Shown: positions 1 to 13,231, numbered from the stretch's first letter. The stretch: DNA of 64,000 nt from Malacoraja senta (GCA_038087875.1 JAXLNO010000230.1:1-64000), one strand, 5' to 3'. Made by a program: numbers and translations. The notes: a model not told the origin generated them from the sequence alone.

Positions 1-139
1 GGACATCGTGGGCCAAAGGAACTTTTATTGGGCTAGTACAGGTGTTGTGCGCCAGAGGGACTGGTTTCCAGGCTAGTAGGACTTTGTGGGCCGAATGGAC
101 TTTCTTGGGCTAGTACAGGTGTTGTGGGCCGAATGGATT

Positions 140-1030
140 GCACCTGGGGACGGGGACGGCTTCAGGCAGGGGCTGGTGGGGGAAGAGTCTTGCAGCAGGG
201 GGCGGGGGACGGTTTCAGGTGGGGGCTGTCGGGGGCCGGGGGGAGCATCCTACAGCCTGGGAGGGGGATGGCTTCAGATGGAGTCTGTCGGGGCCGGTGG
301 GAGGCGAGCGACCTACAGCCGGGGAGGGGAGGCAGGGTGGGGAGGGTGTCCTGCAGCAGAAGATGGGGACGGAGGCATGGGGGGGGTGAGCGTCCTGCAG
401 CCGGGGTAGTGGGATGGCTTCAGGCGGTGCTGTCGGAGGCCGGTGACAGTGGGGGGGGGAGCGCTGCCGTGTTCTAGCGCTGCCGTGGCCAATCGCTACC
501 GCTGCTGTGGCCTGCCACCGGCATGGCCTGCCACTGCCACTCCCCACCGGCTTCAGGCGGGGACCGGTGGGGGTTTGGGGGGGGGGGGGGGAAGTGTGGG
601 GGAGCGGAGCTGTCAGGAGCGTCCTGTAGCCCAAAGATACTATAGGCTCCTATAGTATCTTTGCTGTAGCCGGAGGAGGGGGACGGCTTCAGGTGGGGGG
701 GCAGGGGGAGCGTCCTGTAGCCGGGGACGGGGACGGCTTCAGGTGGAAGCCGGCAGGGGGGAACTGTCCTGTAGCCGGGTGAGAGGGACGGCTTCAGGAT
801 GGGGCCGGTGAATGGGAGCATTCTACAGCCGCGGGAGGGTGGCGGCTTCAGGCGGGGGCCAGAGTGGGCGACTTTCTGGAGGGCTAGTACAGGTGTTGTG
901 GGCCGAAGGGACTGGTTTCTGGAGGGCTAGCACGGAAATTGTGGGCCGAATGGACTTCTCTTGGGCTCGTCCTGCAGCTGGGGACGGAAAGGGGGACGGC
1001 TTCAGGAGGGGGCGATGTGGACAGCCTCAG
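140..1030. repeat. Degenerate GC-rich tandem array (core GAGCGTCCTGYAGCCGGGGACGGGGACGGCTTCAGG), with copies of a second unit GGGCTAGTACAGGTGTTGTGGGCCGAA nearby
   Basis: GGCTTCAGG core recurs about 10 times. The second unit occurs at about 30, 107 and 881. Confidence 0.8.
632..663. mobile_element. 32-bp TIR-only palindromic insertion with 8-bp TSD (P- or hAT-type footprint or micro-element)
   Basis: CAAAGATACTATAGG-CT-CCTATAGTATCTTTG flanked by CTGTAGCC at 624-631 and 664-671. An uninterrupted copy of the host repeat is present at about 708-743. Confidence 0.85.
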
Positions 1031-1584
1031 GCAGCGGCCCATGGGCGGTGGGGGGAGCGCTCTCATGGCCTACCGCTGCCGTGGCCTGCCGCTGCCATGG
1101 CCTACCGCTGGGGTGGGGTGTGTGTGAGGGGAGGGGGGGTGGGGGCATTGTGGGCGGGAGTGGGTGTGTGGGTGGGAGAGGATGTGTGGGGGTGGCACCT
1201 GTACTAGCCAGCGCCCGGCTCCCTCAATCCCCCCACACTCACTCCTCACTTCCCCAGGATCTCGAAGTTGCAGCAGTCAGCCTCGCAATCGGCCTGGCTG
1301 TGGGCCGCTCTGCACTCCGGGTCTCCCTGACTCGGGGCTCACGGACTCAGTGGGGCTCACAGATTCAGTGGGGCTCATGGCTTCAGGACGGCTTCTGGGC
1401 TCAGCACAGTCTCCGGGGCTTTATTCTCCTCGCCCCATGTTGTTGACAGTGGGTGCCGGACGGGGCGCCACTGTCCTGGTGACTGACAGGAGAGAAAACC
1501 ATATCTGCTGATTTTACGATTTTTAAAGCTTAATAAATTTTGTAATATTCCACTGATCGGAACAAAACTTGGTGCACTTGCAGC

Positions 1585-2050
1585 ACAGTTCAGTCACTCA
1601 CAGCTGGTGGGATGGCAGTTCAGTCACTCACGGCTGGTGGGCTGGCAGTTCACTCGCGGCTAGTGGGCTGGCAGTTCAGTCACTCACGGCTGGTGGGCTG
1701 GCTGTTCAGTCACTCACGGCTGGTGGGCTGGCAGTTCAGTCACTCACGGCTGGTGGGCTGGCAGTTCAGTCATTGATGGCAGGTGGGCTGGCAGTTCAGT
1801 CACTCACAGCTGGTGGGCTGGCAGTTCACTCACTTACGGCTGGTGGGCTGGCAGTTCACTCACTCATGGCTGGTGGGCGGCAGTTCAGTCACTCACGGCT
1901 GGTGGGTTGGCAGTTCACTCCCTCACGGCTGGTGGGCTGGCAGTTCACTCACTCACGTTTGGCTGTTCACTAACTCATGGCTGGTGGGCTGGCAGTTCAC
2001 TCACTCACGGCTTGTGGGCTGGCAGTTCAGTCACTCACGGCTGGTGGGCT
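1585..2050. repeat. 30-bp minisatellite (GCAGTTCAGTCACTCACGGCTGGTGGGCTG), about 15 units
   Basis: Direct tandem repetition visible. Explains the repetitive ORFs at 1569-2209. Confidence 0.95.
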
Positions 2051-2214
2051 TACACACACACTCCATCACATACACACTCCATCACACACTCACACCCTCC
2101 ATCACACACACACACACACACATCCTCCATCACACACACACACGCACACCCTAAATCACACACCCACACATACACACAGGGGACATATATGACAGTAAAA
2201 CTCTCTTGAATCTA

Positions 2215-2515
2215 CTCACATGGCTGAGCGCGGTCTCTGGACTGAGCATGACTTCCGGAGTGAGTGGGACCACCGGAATGAGCACGACCTCTGCACTGAG
2301 CGGGACTTCCGGAGTGAGCGGGACTTCTAGAGTAAGCGGAACTTCCGGAATGAGCTCGACCTCTGGACTCAGTCATGGCGTAGACTCACAGTTCATTCAG
2401 CACGGATGGCGTAGACTCAGTTTAGTCACTCATGGCGTAGACTCACAGTTCACTCAGCACGGCGTAGACTCACAGTTCAGTCAGCACGGATGGCGTAGTC
2501 TCACAGTTCTAGACT
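2215..2515. repeat. 18-bp tandem array (CGGGACTTCCGGAGTGAG-like) followed by a ~27-30-bp array (ATGGCGTAGACTCACAGTTCACTCAGCAC)
   Basis: Tandem units read directly from the sequence. Confidence 0.85.
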
Positions 2516-2813
2516 AAACTCTCACTCACGGTCATCCGGGCTGACTCACGTCCGGCCTCCGGGTCTTTATTCTCCTGGCCCCCGCAAGGTGCGTTACCTT
2601 CATGGTGCCTGACAGGCGAGAATACCAATCTGCTGATCACACGATTTTTTAAACCTTCATATCGTTTTTATTATTTCACCGATCGGAACAAAGCTTGGGG
2701 CGCTTGGAGCGGAGGAGAACGGTGAGTAAGATGGCGAAAAATCATAGCGATTTCGGGTAGCGTTTTTGCTAAAATGTAATGGAAGTGGTCAAGATGAAAG
2801 TTTTAGTAATAGT

Positions 2814-2847
<34 letters not shown>

Positions 2848-3225
2848 GAGCAGAGCAATTTTTAAAAATACATAGAGTAGAGAGTGCCAGGAACAAGCTT
2901 CCAAGGTTGATGGTGGAAGTCAAATGTGGAGGCTACGGAGAAGGTGCTACAGAGGTTTACCAGGATGCTGCCTGGATTAGAGGATATTAGCTACAAGGGG
3001 AGGTTGGACAAACTTGGATTGATTTCTCTGGAGTGGCGGAGGGGAGACGTGAAAGAAGCATGTAAAATTGTGTGAGAAATAGATAGCGTAAATAGAATAT
3101 TTCTCCCAGGGTGGAAGTGTGTAATTCTGAAGGGCGTAGCTTTATGGTGAAAGGGGGAAAGTCTAAAGGAGATGTGTGGGGCAAGTATTTTTTAACACAA
3201 AGTGCGGTGATGGGCTGGAGCATGG

Positions 3226-4510
3226 GCTAACATCGGTAGTGGGAAAAATGCTAGAGTCAGTTATTAAAGATGGGATAGCAGCACATTTGGAAAGTGGTGA
3301 AATCATTGGACAAAGTCAGCATGGATTTATGAAAGGTAAATCATGTCTAACGAATCTTATAGAATTTTTCGAGGATGTAACTAGTAGAGTGGATAAGGGA
3401 GAACCAGTGGATGTGTTATATCTGGACTTTCAGAAGGCTTTTGACAAAGTCCCACATAAGAGATTAGTATGCAAACTTAAAGCACACGGTATGGGGGTTC
3501 AGTATTGATGTGGATAGAGAACTGGCTGGCAGACAGGAAGAAAAGAGTAGGAGTAAACTGGTCCTTTTCAGAATGGCAGGCAGTGTCTAGTGGGGTATCG
3601 CAAGGCTCAGTGCTGGGACCCCAGCTATTTACAATATATATTAATGATTTGGACGAGGGAATTGAATGCAACATCTCCAAGTTTGCGGATGACACGAATG
3701 TGGGGCACAGTGTTAGCTGTGAGGAGGATGCTAGGAGGCTGCAAGGTGACTTGGATAGGTTGGGTGAGTGGGCAAATGCATGGCAGATGCAGTATAATGT
3801 GGATAAATGTGAGGTTATCCACTTTGGTGGCAAGAACAGGAAAGTAGACTATTATCTGAATGGTGGCCGATTAGGAAAAGGGGAGATGCAACGAGACCTA
3901 GGTGTCATGGTACACCAGTCATTGAAAGTAGGCATGCAGGTGCAGCAGGCAGTGAAGAAAGCGAATGGTATGTTAGCATTCATAGCAAAAGGATTTGAGT
4001 ATAGGAGCAGGGAGGTTCTACTGCAGTTGTACAGGGCCTTGGTGAGACCACACCTGGAGTATTGCATACAGTTTTGGTCTCCTAATCTGAGGAAAGACAT
4101 TATTGCCATAGAGGAAGTACAGAGAAGGTTCACCAGATTGATTCCTGGGATGGCAGGACTTTTATATGAAGAAAGACTGGATAGACTCGGCTTGTACTCG
4201 CTATAATTTAGAAGATTGAGGGCGGATCTTATAGAAACTTACAAAATTCTTAAGGGGTTGGACAGGCTAGATGCGAGAAGATTGTTCCCGATGTTGGGGA
4301 AGTCCAGAACAAGGAGTCACAGTTTAAGGATAAGGGGGAAGTCTTTTAGGACCTTGTGGCTAGAGGGATCAGGGGGTATGGAGAGAAGGCAGGTACAGGA
4401 TATTGAGTTGGATGATCAGCCATGATCATATTGAATGGCGGTGCAGGCTCAAAGGGCCGAATGGCCTACTCCTGCACCTATTTTCTATGTTTCTATGTCT
4501 ATGTTTCTAT
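3226..4510 (+). mobile_element. 5'-truncated CR1 LINE (RT C-terminal half), inserted into an older LINE 3' remnant
   Basis: RT motifs QHGF, LDFQKAFDKVPH, GVSQGSVLGP, KFADD; (TTCTATGT)n tail; frameshift, stop and an internal deletion near 4352. Confidence 0.95.
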
Positions 4511-4682
4511 GCTACCAGGAGTGGTGATGGAAGCAGGTACAATAGTGGCATTGAAAAACCCGTTAGATTGGTACATGAAAGGGTATAGAGAGACATGGAA
4601 CACCTGCAGGCAGAAGCAATTAGTTTAATTTGGCATCACGTTCAGCCAGACATTGGGGGCTGAAGGCCTGTTCCTGTGATGT

Positions 4683-4862
4683 TTGTACGTTCACCCAGTT
4701 GACCTGCGTGAGTTTTGTCTGTGATCTTCGGTTTCCTCCCACAATCCAAAGACGTACAATGTAAATTGTCCCTAGTGGGTGTAGGATAGTGTTAATGTGC
4801 GGGGATCGCTGGTCGGCGCAGACCCGGTGGGCCTGTTTCCGCGCTGTATCTCTAAACTAAAA
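4683..4862 (+). mobile_element. 3' part of an HE1/V-SINE
   Basis: GGTTTCCTCCCACA core and CTAAACTAAA tail, matching the fuller copy at 19185-19484. Confidence 0.7.
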
Positions 4863-5969
4863 AAAACACTAAACAATTGTTTTTAAGTTAAAGAAAAATA
4901 AATAAAAGAATGCTTGTTTAGAATAAGAAGTGAAACTCCAGGCTTGTGTTTTGTATCTTTTGCTAGTTTTACAAATAACTGTAGTTTAGATAAATAAATT
5001 GTTTAGTTTCCCAAACTGATAAAAATGTCAATTTTAGTACAAAGAAAAAGTTAAAATGAACCTTGTGATGTATGGTAGCTGCTGATTGGAGACACCTTTC
5101 CTTCCGATTGCGTGAAGCAGCGACTTGTGCCGAGAGACGCCTGTGAGATGTGCTTGCTGTGCCTGTGGCCGCCTGCAGGGGCGCTGCGAGCAGTCACTGC
5201 CGGGGTGCCGCCTGTTGGGGGCACTGCCGAGCGGTCCATGAACTCACAACAAACTAAAAAAATTACAGATCTTTAGGTAACAACGAACGGGGTGCAGAAC
5301 TCATTGGAAGAAATAAAACCAAAAAAGGCATCAGGGCCAGACCAGATACCAGCCAGATCAGATCAGATCAGATACCAGCCAGAGTTTTAAAGAATTGTGC
5401 AGCAAGCTTAGCTCCAGTCTTCCAAAAGATTTTTCAGAAGTCTGTGGATAGTGGAGAACTCCCAGAAGATTGGCTGAATACTAACATTGTTCCCATCTAT
5501 AAAAAAGGAGATAGGATAAATCTTGCAAATTATCGCCCAGTTTCACTGACCTCCATACCATGCAAGATTCTCTTTCTTTCTTTTAAAATCTTTAAAATAT
5601 TTTTTTTCTAAAGCAAAACATAACATAACAGTGATATTGATACATAGGGATCAGGATTACATTAATAACAAGTATAACCTAAGTATGAGTCCATTGTCAA
5701 AATACACATTGGGTATAGACCTCCCGGTCTCTATGTAAATATAGTTAAGTGTTTAAAAGAGAACTTGTATATATAAAAACAAAAAGAAAAAAAGAAAAAA
5801 AAAGAAAAAAAGAGAAAGAAAGAGAAAAACAAAACCCCTAAACTAAAAAAAAGCAAAACAAAATCTGGGCTACAAAGAATTTCAACAATTTAAAGTCCCT
5901 GTTTGTCGTCAAGTCCATTCCACCGTATAAAGGTAAAAGAATTATTATAACGGTTGGAGAGGGGACAAT

Positions 5970-8900
5970 TTATATTGTGTGAAAATGTTGAATAAAGCAT
6001 CCCAAAGTCCTATCAAATTTAACCAAAGGTTCGACAATGTCTAAATTTAAACATGATATCGTTTCAGAGTACCAATGAAGTGTGGTGGGAGGATTAGAGT
6101 CTTTCCATTTAAATAAAATAGATCTTTTGGCAATTAATGTAGTAAAAGCAATCAGCCGATGGGCAGAACGGGACAGATGAGTAGAATCAAATATTGGTAG
6201 CCCAAAAATGGCAGTAATAGGATGAGGTTGTAAATCAATACCTAAAACTACAGAAATAGTGTCAAAAATGTATTTGCAATATTTTTCCAAAAGTGGGCAA
6301 GACCAAAACTTGTGAGTCAGTGAGGCCACTTCAGAGTTACATCTGTCACAGATAGGATTTATATGACCATAAAAACAAGCTAACTTATCTTTTGACATAT
6401 GAGCTCTGTGAACCACCTTGAATTGTATCAGAGCGTGTCTTGCACACATTGAAGAGGTATTAACTAATTGAAGAATTCTCTCCCATTTCGCTATAGGTAG
6501 AGAAATTTCAAGTTCTCATTCCCAGTCATTCTTAATTTTATCCAATGTATTTATTTGTGATTTCAAAATCAACTCATAAATAGTCATTATTAAACCTTTC
6601 TGATAAGGGTTCAAATGTAAAAAAATGTCCAAGATTTCGGTTTGATGTGGTAACGGAAAAGAGGGTAGCCTTCAAAAAATGTTTAATTTGTAAATATCTA
6701 AAGAAATGTGAGTTAGGTAGATTATATTTATTGGAGAGTTGTTCAAAAGACATAAAACAAGTCACTGAAAACTGCTAACCCCTTCCTCTTCCATAACAGA
6801 AAGGCTTGATCAGTACTAGAAGGTTGGAAGAAAAAATTAGATATGATAAGATAAAATCAATATGATAAGATAAAATCAATATGATAAGATAAAATCATTC
6901 AATCCAAAAAACTTACGAAATTGAAACCATATTCGGAATGTATGTCTTATTATTGGGTTAATCGTATATTTATTCAATCTCGTAATTGTAAAAGGTAGCG
7001 AGGCCCCTAGAATAGAAGCCAATGATAGCCCTTGCATAAAATTGTTTTCAAGATTTATCCATCATGGGCATTGGGTATCTTCTAAATCTTTTGTCCAAAA
7101 CGTTAAATAGCGAACATTAACTGCCCAATAGGTTCGGCAGTCCCAAACCACCGTCTTTTTTTGATTTCTGTCATTATTTTTTACTTAGTCTGGGATTTTT
7201 ATTCTGCCATATATATGAAGAAATTTTTGAGTCAATAATATCAAAGAAAGATTTAGCAATAAAAATTGGTATCGTCTGAAATAAATACAAAAATTTAGGT
7301 AGGATAAACATTTTAATAGCATTGATTCGGCCAATTAGAGATAAGGACATTGGTGACCATTTAGTAAAGTGTTGTCTGATGTGGTCAATTAGGGGTGTAA
7401 AATTGACTTTAAATAGATCCTTGTGTTTCTTGGTAATCTTAATGCCTAAATAAGTTAAACAGTCGGTAGTCAATCTAAATGGAAACTGTCCATAATTCAA
7501 AATTTGATTGTTTAATGAAAGAAAACTTACTAAGATTTAGTTTATAACCAGAAAAAACTACTAAATTAATTAAGCAGTGCTACTATTGCAGGAATAGATT
7601 TCTCTGGGTTAGAGATAAATAATAACAGATCATCTGCATAGAGAGATAGCTTATGTGTCTTATTCTCATGGACAATACCAAAAATATTAGGGGATTCCCT
7701 AATAGCGGTGGCCAATGGTTCCAAAGTGATATCAAGCAATAAAGGACAGCCCTGTCTAGTACCTCGAAAGACCCTGAAAAAAGGGGATCTCTGATTATTG
7801 GTAAGTACAGAAGCTTGAGGTATATGATATATCAGCTTGATCCAAGAGATAAATTTTGGACCAATCTTAAATTTTTCAAGTGCATTGAATAAGTATTCCC
7901 ATTCTAATCTGTCAAATGCCTTCTCAGCATCAAGTGAAATGACACATTCTGGAGTTTTATTTGATGCTGTATATACAATATTCATTAATCTCCTAACATT
8001 AAAGTATGAGTAACGATTTTTAATAAACCCTGTCTGATCTTCAGAAATAATTTTCGGTAAAATATTTTCCAATCTCATAGCTAATATTGTTGAAAGAATT
8101 TTGGAATCTACATTTAACAGTGATATAGGTCTATATGATGTCACTTCAGTAGGGCCTTTATCTTTTTTTAAGAATTAAAGAAATAGATGCTTCATAAAAG
8201 GATTGTGGTAATATATTCATTAAAAAGGCTTCTTCAAAAACCTTGCATAGCCAGGGGGACAGTAAACTTGAAAAGTACTTTAAATATTCCACGGTAAACC
8301 CATCTAAACCAGGAGCTTTACCAGAATTCATCGAGAGGATTGCTTTCTGTATTTCTTCCTCCGTGATGGGTTCATCTAACAACAGAGACTCATTATGTGG
8401 TAAATTTGGCAAGTTCAGTTTCTTTAAAAACTCATGCATTATATTGGGATCAGTGGGGGATTCTGATTGGTATAGGGAGGTATAAAATTCCTGGAAGGAT
8501 TTATTAATTTCATCATGGTCTACTGTCAATGTACCATCCCGTTTACTCACTTTAATAATTGGTCGTTTGTCTGACACAGCTTTCAACTGATTGGCGAGTA
8601 ATTTGCCAGATTTATCGCCATGTATATAAAATTGACTTTTGGTTTTAAGTTCACGTAGCTGATTCTCAATCGGTGATACTAATAACAAATCATGTCTCAG
8701 TTGAAGTTCAACTCTATTCTTATAGCGCTCTAGACTAGGAGCTTTTGAATATTTTATCAATTTCTTTAATCTCATCAGCCAATATACGTATTTCATTTTT
8801 AGTTGTTTTTTTTAATCCCGCGGAGTATGAAATAATTTGTCCACGAATATATGCCTTAAAAGCATCCCAGACTACACCATTGGATATTTCTTCAGTAGAG

Positions 8901-11489
8901 TTTGTTAAGAAGAAGAAAGCAATCTGATCTTTAATAAAAATGAACAAAATTTAGATCTTGAAGCAAGGTACTATTAAATCGCCATTGTTTAGCACTAAAC
9001 TTGGAATCAGGTAGTTTGATTGATAGTTTCAACGGTGCATGATCGGAAATAGCAATTGCATCATACTCACACGCAGTGACCGATGAAACTAGCCAAGAAT
9101 CTATTATAAAGTAGTCAATCCTAGAGTAACTATGATATATGGGGAACAAGGACATGGCAGACCAATTGAATAACTACTTCGGTTCTGTCTTCCCTAAGAA
9201 AGACATAAATAATCTGCCGGAAATAGCAGGGGACCGCGGGTCAAATAAGATGGAGGAACTGAGTGAAATCCAGGTTAGCCGGGATATGGTGTTAGGTAAA
9301 TTGAATGGATTAAAGGCCGTTAAATCCCCAAGGCCAGATAGGCTGCATCCCAGAGTACTTAAGGAAGTAGCCCCAGAAATAGTGGATGCATTAGTGATAA
9401 TTTTTCTAAACTCCTTAGATTCTGGAGTAGTTCCTGAGGATTGGAGGGTAGCTAATGTAACCCCAATTTTTATAAAGGGAGGGAAAGAGAAAACGGGGAA
9501 TTACAGACCAGTTAGTCTAACATCGGTAGTGGGGAAACTGCTAGAGTCAGTTATTAAAGATGGGATAGCAGCACATTTGGAAAGTGGTGAAATCATTGGA
9601 CAAAGTCAGCATGGATTTATGAAAGGTAAATCATGTCTGACGAATCTTATAGCATTTTTTGAGGATGTAACTAGTTGAGTGGATAAGGGAGAACCAGTGG
9701 ATGTGTTATATCTGGACTTTCAGAAGGCTTTCGACAAGGTCCCACATAAGAGATTAGTATACAAACTTAAAGCACACAGTATTGGGGGTTCAGTATTGAT
9801 GTGGATAGAGAACTGGCTGGCAAACAGGAAGTAAAGATTAGGAGTAAACGGGGCCTTTTCAGAATGACAGGCAGTGACTAGTGGGGTACTGCAAGGCTCA
9901 GTGCTGGGACCCCAGCTATTTACAATATATATTAATGATTTAGAAGAGAGAATTGCATGCAACATCTCCAAGTTTGCGGATGACACGAAGCTGGGGGGCA
10001 GTGTTAGCTGAGAGGAGGATGCTAGGAGGCTGCAAGGTGACTTGGATAGGCTGGGTGAGTGGGCAAATGCATGGCAGATGCAGTATACTGTGGATAAATG
10101 TGAGGTTATCCACTTTGGTGGCAAAAACAGGAAAGTAGACTATTATCTAAATGGTGGCCGATTAGGAAAAGTGTAGATGCAATGAGACCTGGGTGTCATG
10201 GTACACCAGTCATTGAAAGTAGGCATGCAGGTGCAGCAGGCAGTGAAGAAAGCGAATGGTATGTTAGCATTCATAGCAAAAGGATTTGAGTATAGGAGCA
10301 GGGAGGTTCTACTGCAGTTGTACAGGGTCTTGGTGAGACCACACCTGGAGTATTGCGTACAGTTTTGGTCTCCAAATCTGAGGAAAGACATTCTTGCCAT
10401 AGAGGGAGTACAGAGAAGGTTCACCAGACTGATTCCTGGGATGTCAGAACTTTCATATGAAGAAAGACTGGATAGACTCGGCTTGTACTCGCTAGAATTT
10501 AGAAGATTGAGGGGCGATCTTATAGAAACTTACAAAATTCTTAAAGGGTTGGACAGGCTAGATGCAGGAAGATTGTTCCCGATGTTGGGGAAGTCCAGGA
10601 CAAGGGGTCACAGTTTAAGGATAAAGGGGAAATCCTTTAGGACCGAGATGAGAAAAACATTTTTCACACAGAGAGTGGTGAATCTCTGGAACTCTCTGCC
10701 ACTGAGGCCAGTTCATTGGCTATATTTAAGAGGGAGTTAGATGTGGCCCTTGTGGCTAAAGGGATCAGGGGGTATGGAGAGAAGGCAGTTACAGTATATG
10801 GAGTTGGATGATCAGCCATGATCATACTGAATGGCGGTGCAGGCTCGAAGGGCCGAATGGCCTACTCCTGCACCTATTTTCTATGTTTCTATGTTTCTAT
10901 ATATGAGAGAAAAAAGAAAATTCTTGGTCATTTGGGTGTAGGAATCTCCAGACTTCTAACATTCCAGAGTCAAGTAAAAAAGAATTGATAAAACGAGCTG
11001 ATTTATTTGGAAGCACATGATCAGATGCAGATCTGTCCATCGAGGGGTTCAAACAGCAGTTAAAATCTCCACCCATTATCAAATGATGTTCATTTAAATT
11101 AGGAAAGGATGCGATTAACTGTTTAAAAAACTCAGGGTGATCAATATTAGGTGCATAAACATTCACCAAAACAACTTTTTGGTTATGAAGAACACCAGTG
11201 ATCATCAAAAATCTACCATATGGATCAGAAATTGTTTCATAATGAACAAACGAAATTTAGGAGTCAATAAAAATAGAGACTCCTTTCACCTTCACCTGTG
11301 AATTTGAATGAAACTGCTGTCCTCTCCAAAACTTAAAGAATCGTTGATTGTCATCTTTCCTTACATGAGTTTCCTGAACAAAGATAATCTGAGCATTTAG
11401 TCAATGAAGAACTTTAAAAAAAAAATCCTCTTAATGGGATGGTTCAGACCATTAACATTCCATGAAAGGAAGTTAATAACTTTATCCAT
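5970..11489 (-). pseudogene. L1 ORF2 remnant (APE endonuclease, RT, C-terminal Cys-rich region), interrupted by a CR1 at 9139-10897
   Basis: Starts MDKVINFLSWNVNGL; motifs NVYAPN, GGDFN, SRIDY, SDHAP, KAPGLDG, YRPISLLN, DAEKAFD, RQGCPL, YADD, CDRC; multiple stops and frameshifts. Confidence 0.93.
9139..10897 (+). mobile_element. 5'-truncated CR1 LINE nested antisense inside L1 ORF2
   Basis: Same family as 3226-4510 and 52966-56374; RT with several stops; (TTCTATGT)n tail. L1 coding (FSFFSHI|YHSYSRIDY) resumes on either side. Confidence 0.95.
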
Positions 11490-11659
11490 ATTGTTTGTAA
11501 TAATCATGTGGAATGTAAAGGGTTAATTTCGTAGACCATAGCAGTTCATGATACTGGAAGAAGAAAAATCTAAGGCGGAGCCAGAAGTGACGACATTTCA
11601 GACATTTTTGTAGTTCAAATTCTGGCTAGATAGAAAAAACTAAACAAAAACAAAAGTCC

Positions 11660-12773
11660 TTCAGGAGTTACAACAGAATTATGGACTACACTCAAATAAC
11701 TTTTTTAGATATCTACAACTTTGAGATTATGTTAAATCACATACACAAGATTATAGAACTAGAGAGCCAGAAACTCTTGATGAATGTTTGAATAAACATC
11801 CTAATACAGATAAATTAATATCTCATATTTATAATACTCTTTTAGATAGTGGGGTCCCATCGACAGAATTATGTAGACAAGCATGGGAAAATGAATTAGA
11901 CCAACCTATAATGAAAGATATTTGGGACGAAAGTCTACAACATATACATCAATGCTCGTTAAATGCCAGACATTCTTTAATACAATTTAAAGTATTACAT
12001 AGCCTGCATTACTCTAAAACAAAATTAAATATAATTTCCCCACATATCTCTCCTATCTGTGATAAGTCAACACTCAGAGGCTAATTTAACTCATACTTTT
12101 GTAAATTGTATAAAAATCAAAAATTTCTGGACGGATATTTTTAGAATAATTTCTGAAGTTGTTAATACCCAATTGGATCCCGACTCTAAACTAATAATAT
12201 TAGGAATATCAGAACAAAGCCTAAAACTTACGACAAGCCAAAGAAACTTCCTTGATTATAGTATAACTGGGAAAAAATTAATATTAAAATTTTGGAAAAA
12301 TCCAATAACCCCCACAATTAAAATGTGGATTACGGAGATGTCGGAGACCTTACATTTGGAAAGAACTAGACTTGTCTTAATTGACAAACAAGAATTATTT
12401 GCTAGAATATGGTCTCCATTTATTGATTTTTCGAAAGGGTAAATTGGTCCGGCACGGAAGTCTGACTGAAGCTTGAACCCAGGATTAGATGAATAGTTAT
12501 GTTTTATAATCTACGGACCTATCTCCAAAGTTGTATTATTGGTCATTTATTCTATTCTTTTTTAATCGTGTTTTTTTTTCCTTCTTTCTCCCTATCTATA
12601 AAAAATATATACAAATAGAAGCAGTTAATATGCAATTGATAAATGAGGACCCCTATTACTTTGATAGCTGGAATACTATCTATTAACAATATGTAATTGA
12701 TATACAAAATGTGTTTTGATTATGATATGTATATGCTTCTAATAAAAATATTATTAAAAAAAAAAAAAAAAAG
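11660..12773 (+). mobile_element. 5'-truncated L1 (ORF2 C-terminus, 3'UTR, AATAAA, poly-A)
   Basis: CSLNARHSLIQFK...ICDK; poly-A ends 12772; TSD CAAAAGTCC (11651-11659 and 12774-12782). Confidence 0.9.
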
Positions 12774-13231
12774 CAAAAGTCCCCCCTCCACCCATGCAAA
12801 GCCCGAAACTGACAAGTAGACAGTCAGTACGCTACCTAATCCCTCCCCTACCCCCATCTCTTCCAATGACAGCTCTCAACATAAAAAGAAGGTATATTTA
12901 CCACTCAATAGCCAAAACAAATTAATATTATGGTTAAAAAGTACATGCTAAATGTGAAAAACAAGAACTACTTCATATTGTTTATCCATGGTCAAATTAC
13001 GTGCAAACTATGAAAAACATGAGTTGCTTCACTTTGTTTGTCTAAAGACAGGGGGGAAAATCCTTCGGTGAACATTTTAAAAGTGGAAGAGCTAACAAAG
13101 AAGATCTTAAAAGTTAATATATAATACCATTACATTAAATTAACAGTATCTTAGAGAACATAAAAGTTATGGTTTGTTACCATTATACTAAAATTCTAAA
13201 AAGTAATTAGAAAATAACTAATCTGATTAAA

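Larger units (their letters stand above)
1..2846 (-). mobile_element. Probable non-autonomous Helitron, 5' part (3' end lies outside the window), filled with tandem repeats
   Basis: Minus strand begins A|TC(TATC)n-TATACTATTACTAAAAC at about 2846, resembling Helitron 5' ends. A subterminal block is duplicated internally (about 1415-1590 vs about 2560-2720). No TIR or TSD seen. Family call is by pattern recognition. Confidence 0.5.

Noticed and set aside
1585..2050. 30-bp repeats that superficially resemble a CRISPR array
   Set aside because: Units are head-to-tail with no unique spacers, there are no cas genes, and the context is vertebrate.
86..2517. Many overlapping ORFs in the first 2.5 kb
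   Set aside because: They arise from stop-poor GC-rich tandem repeats; no domain or splice evidence.
6841..6898. Triplicated 19-mer in L1 ORF2, and the CAGAT slippage at about 5337-5382
   Set aside because: Ordinary post-insertion replication slippage in dead elements.
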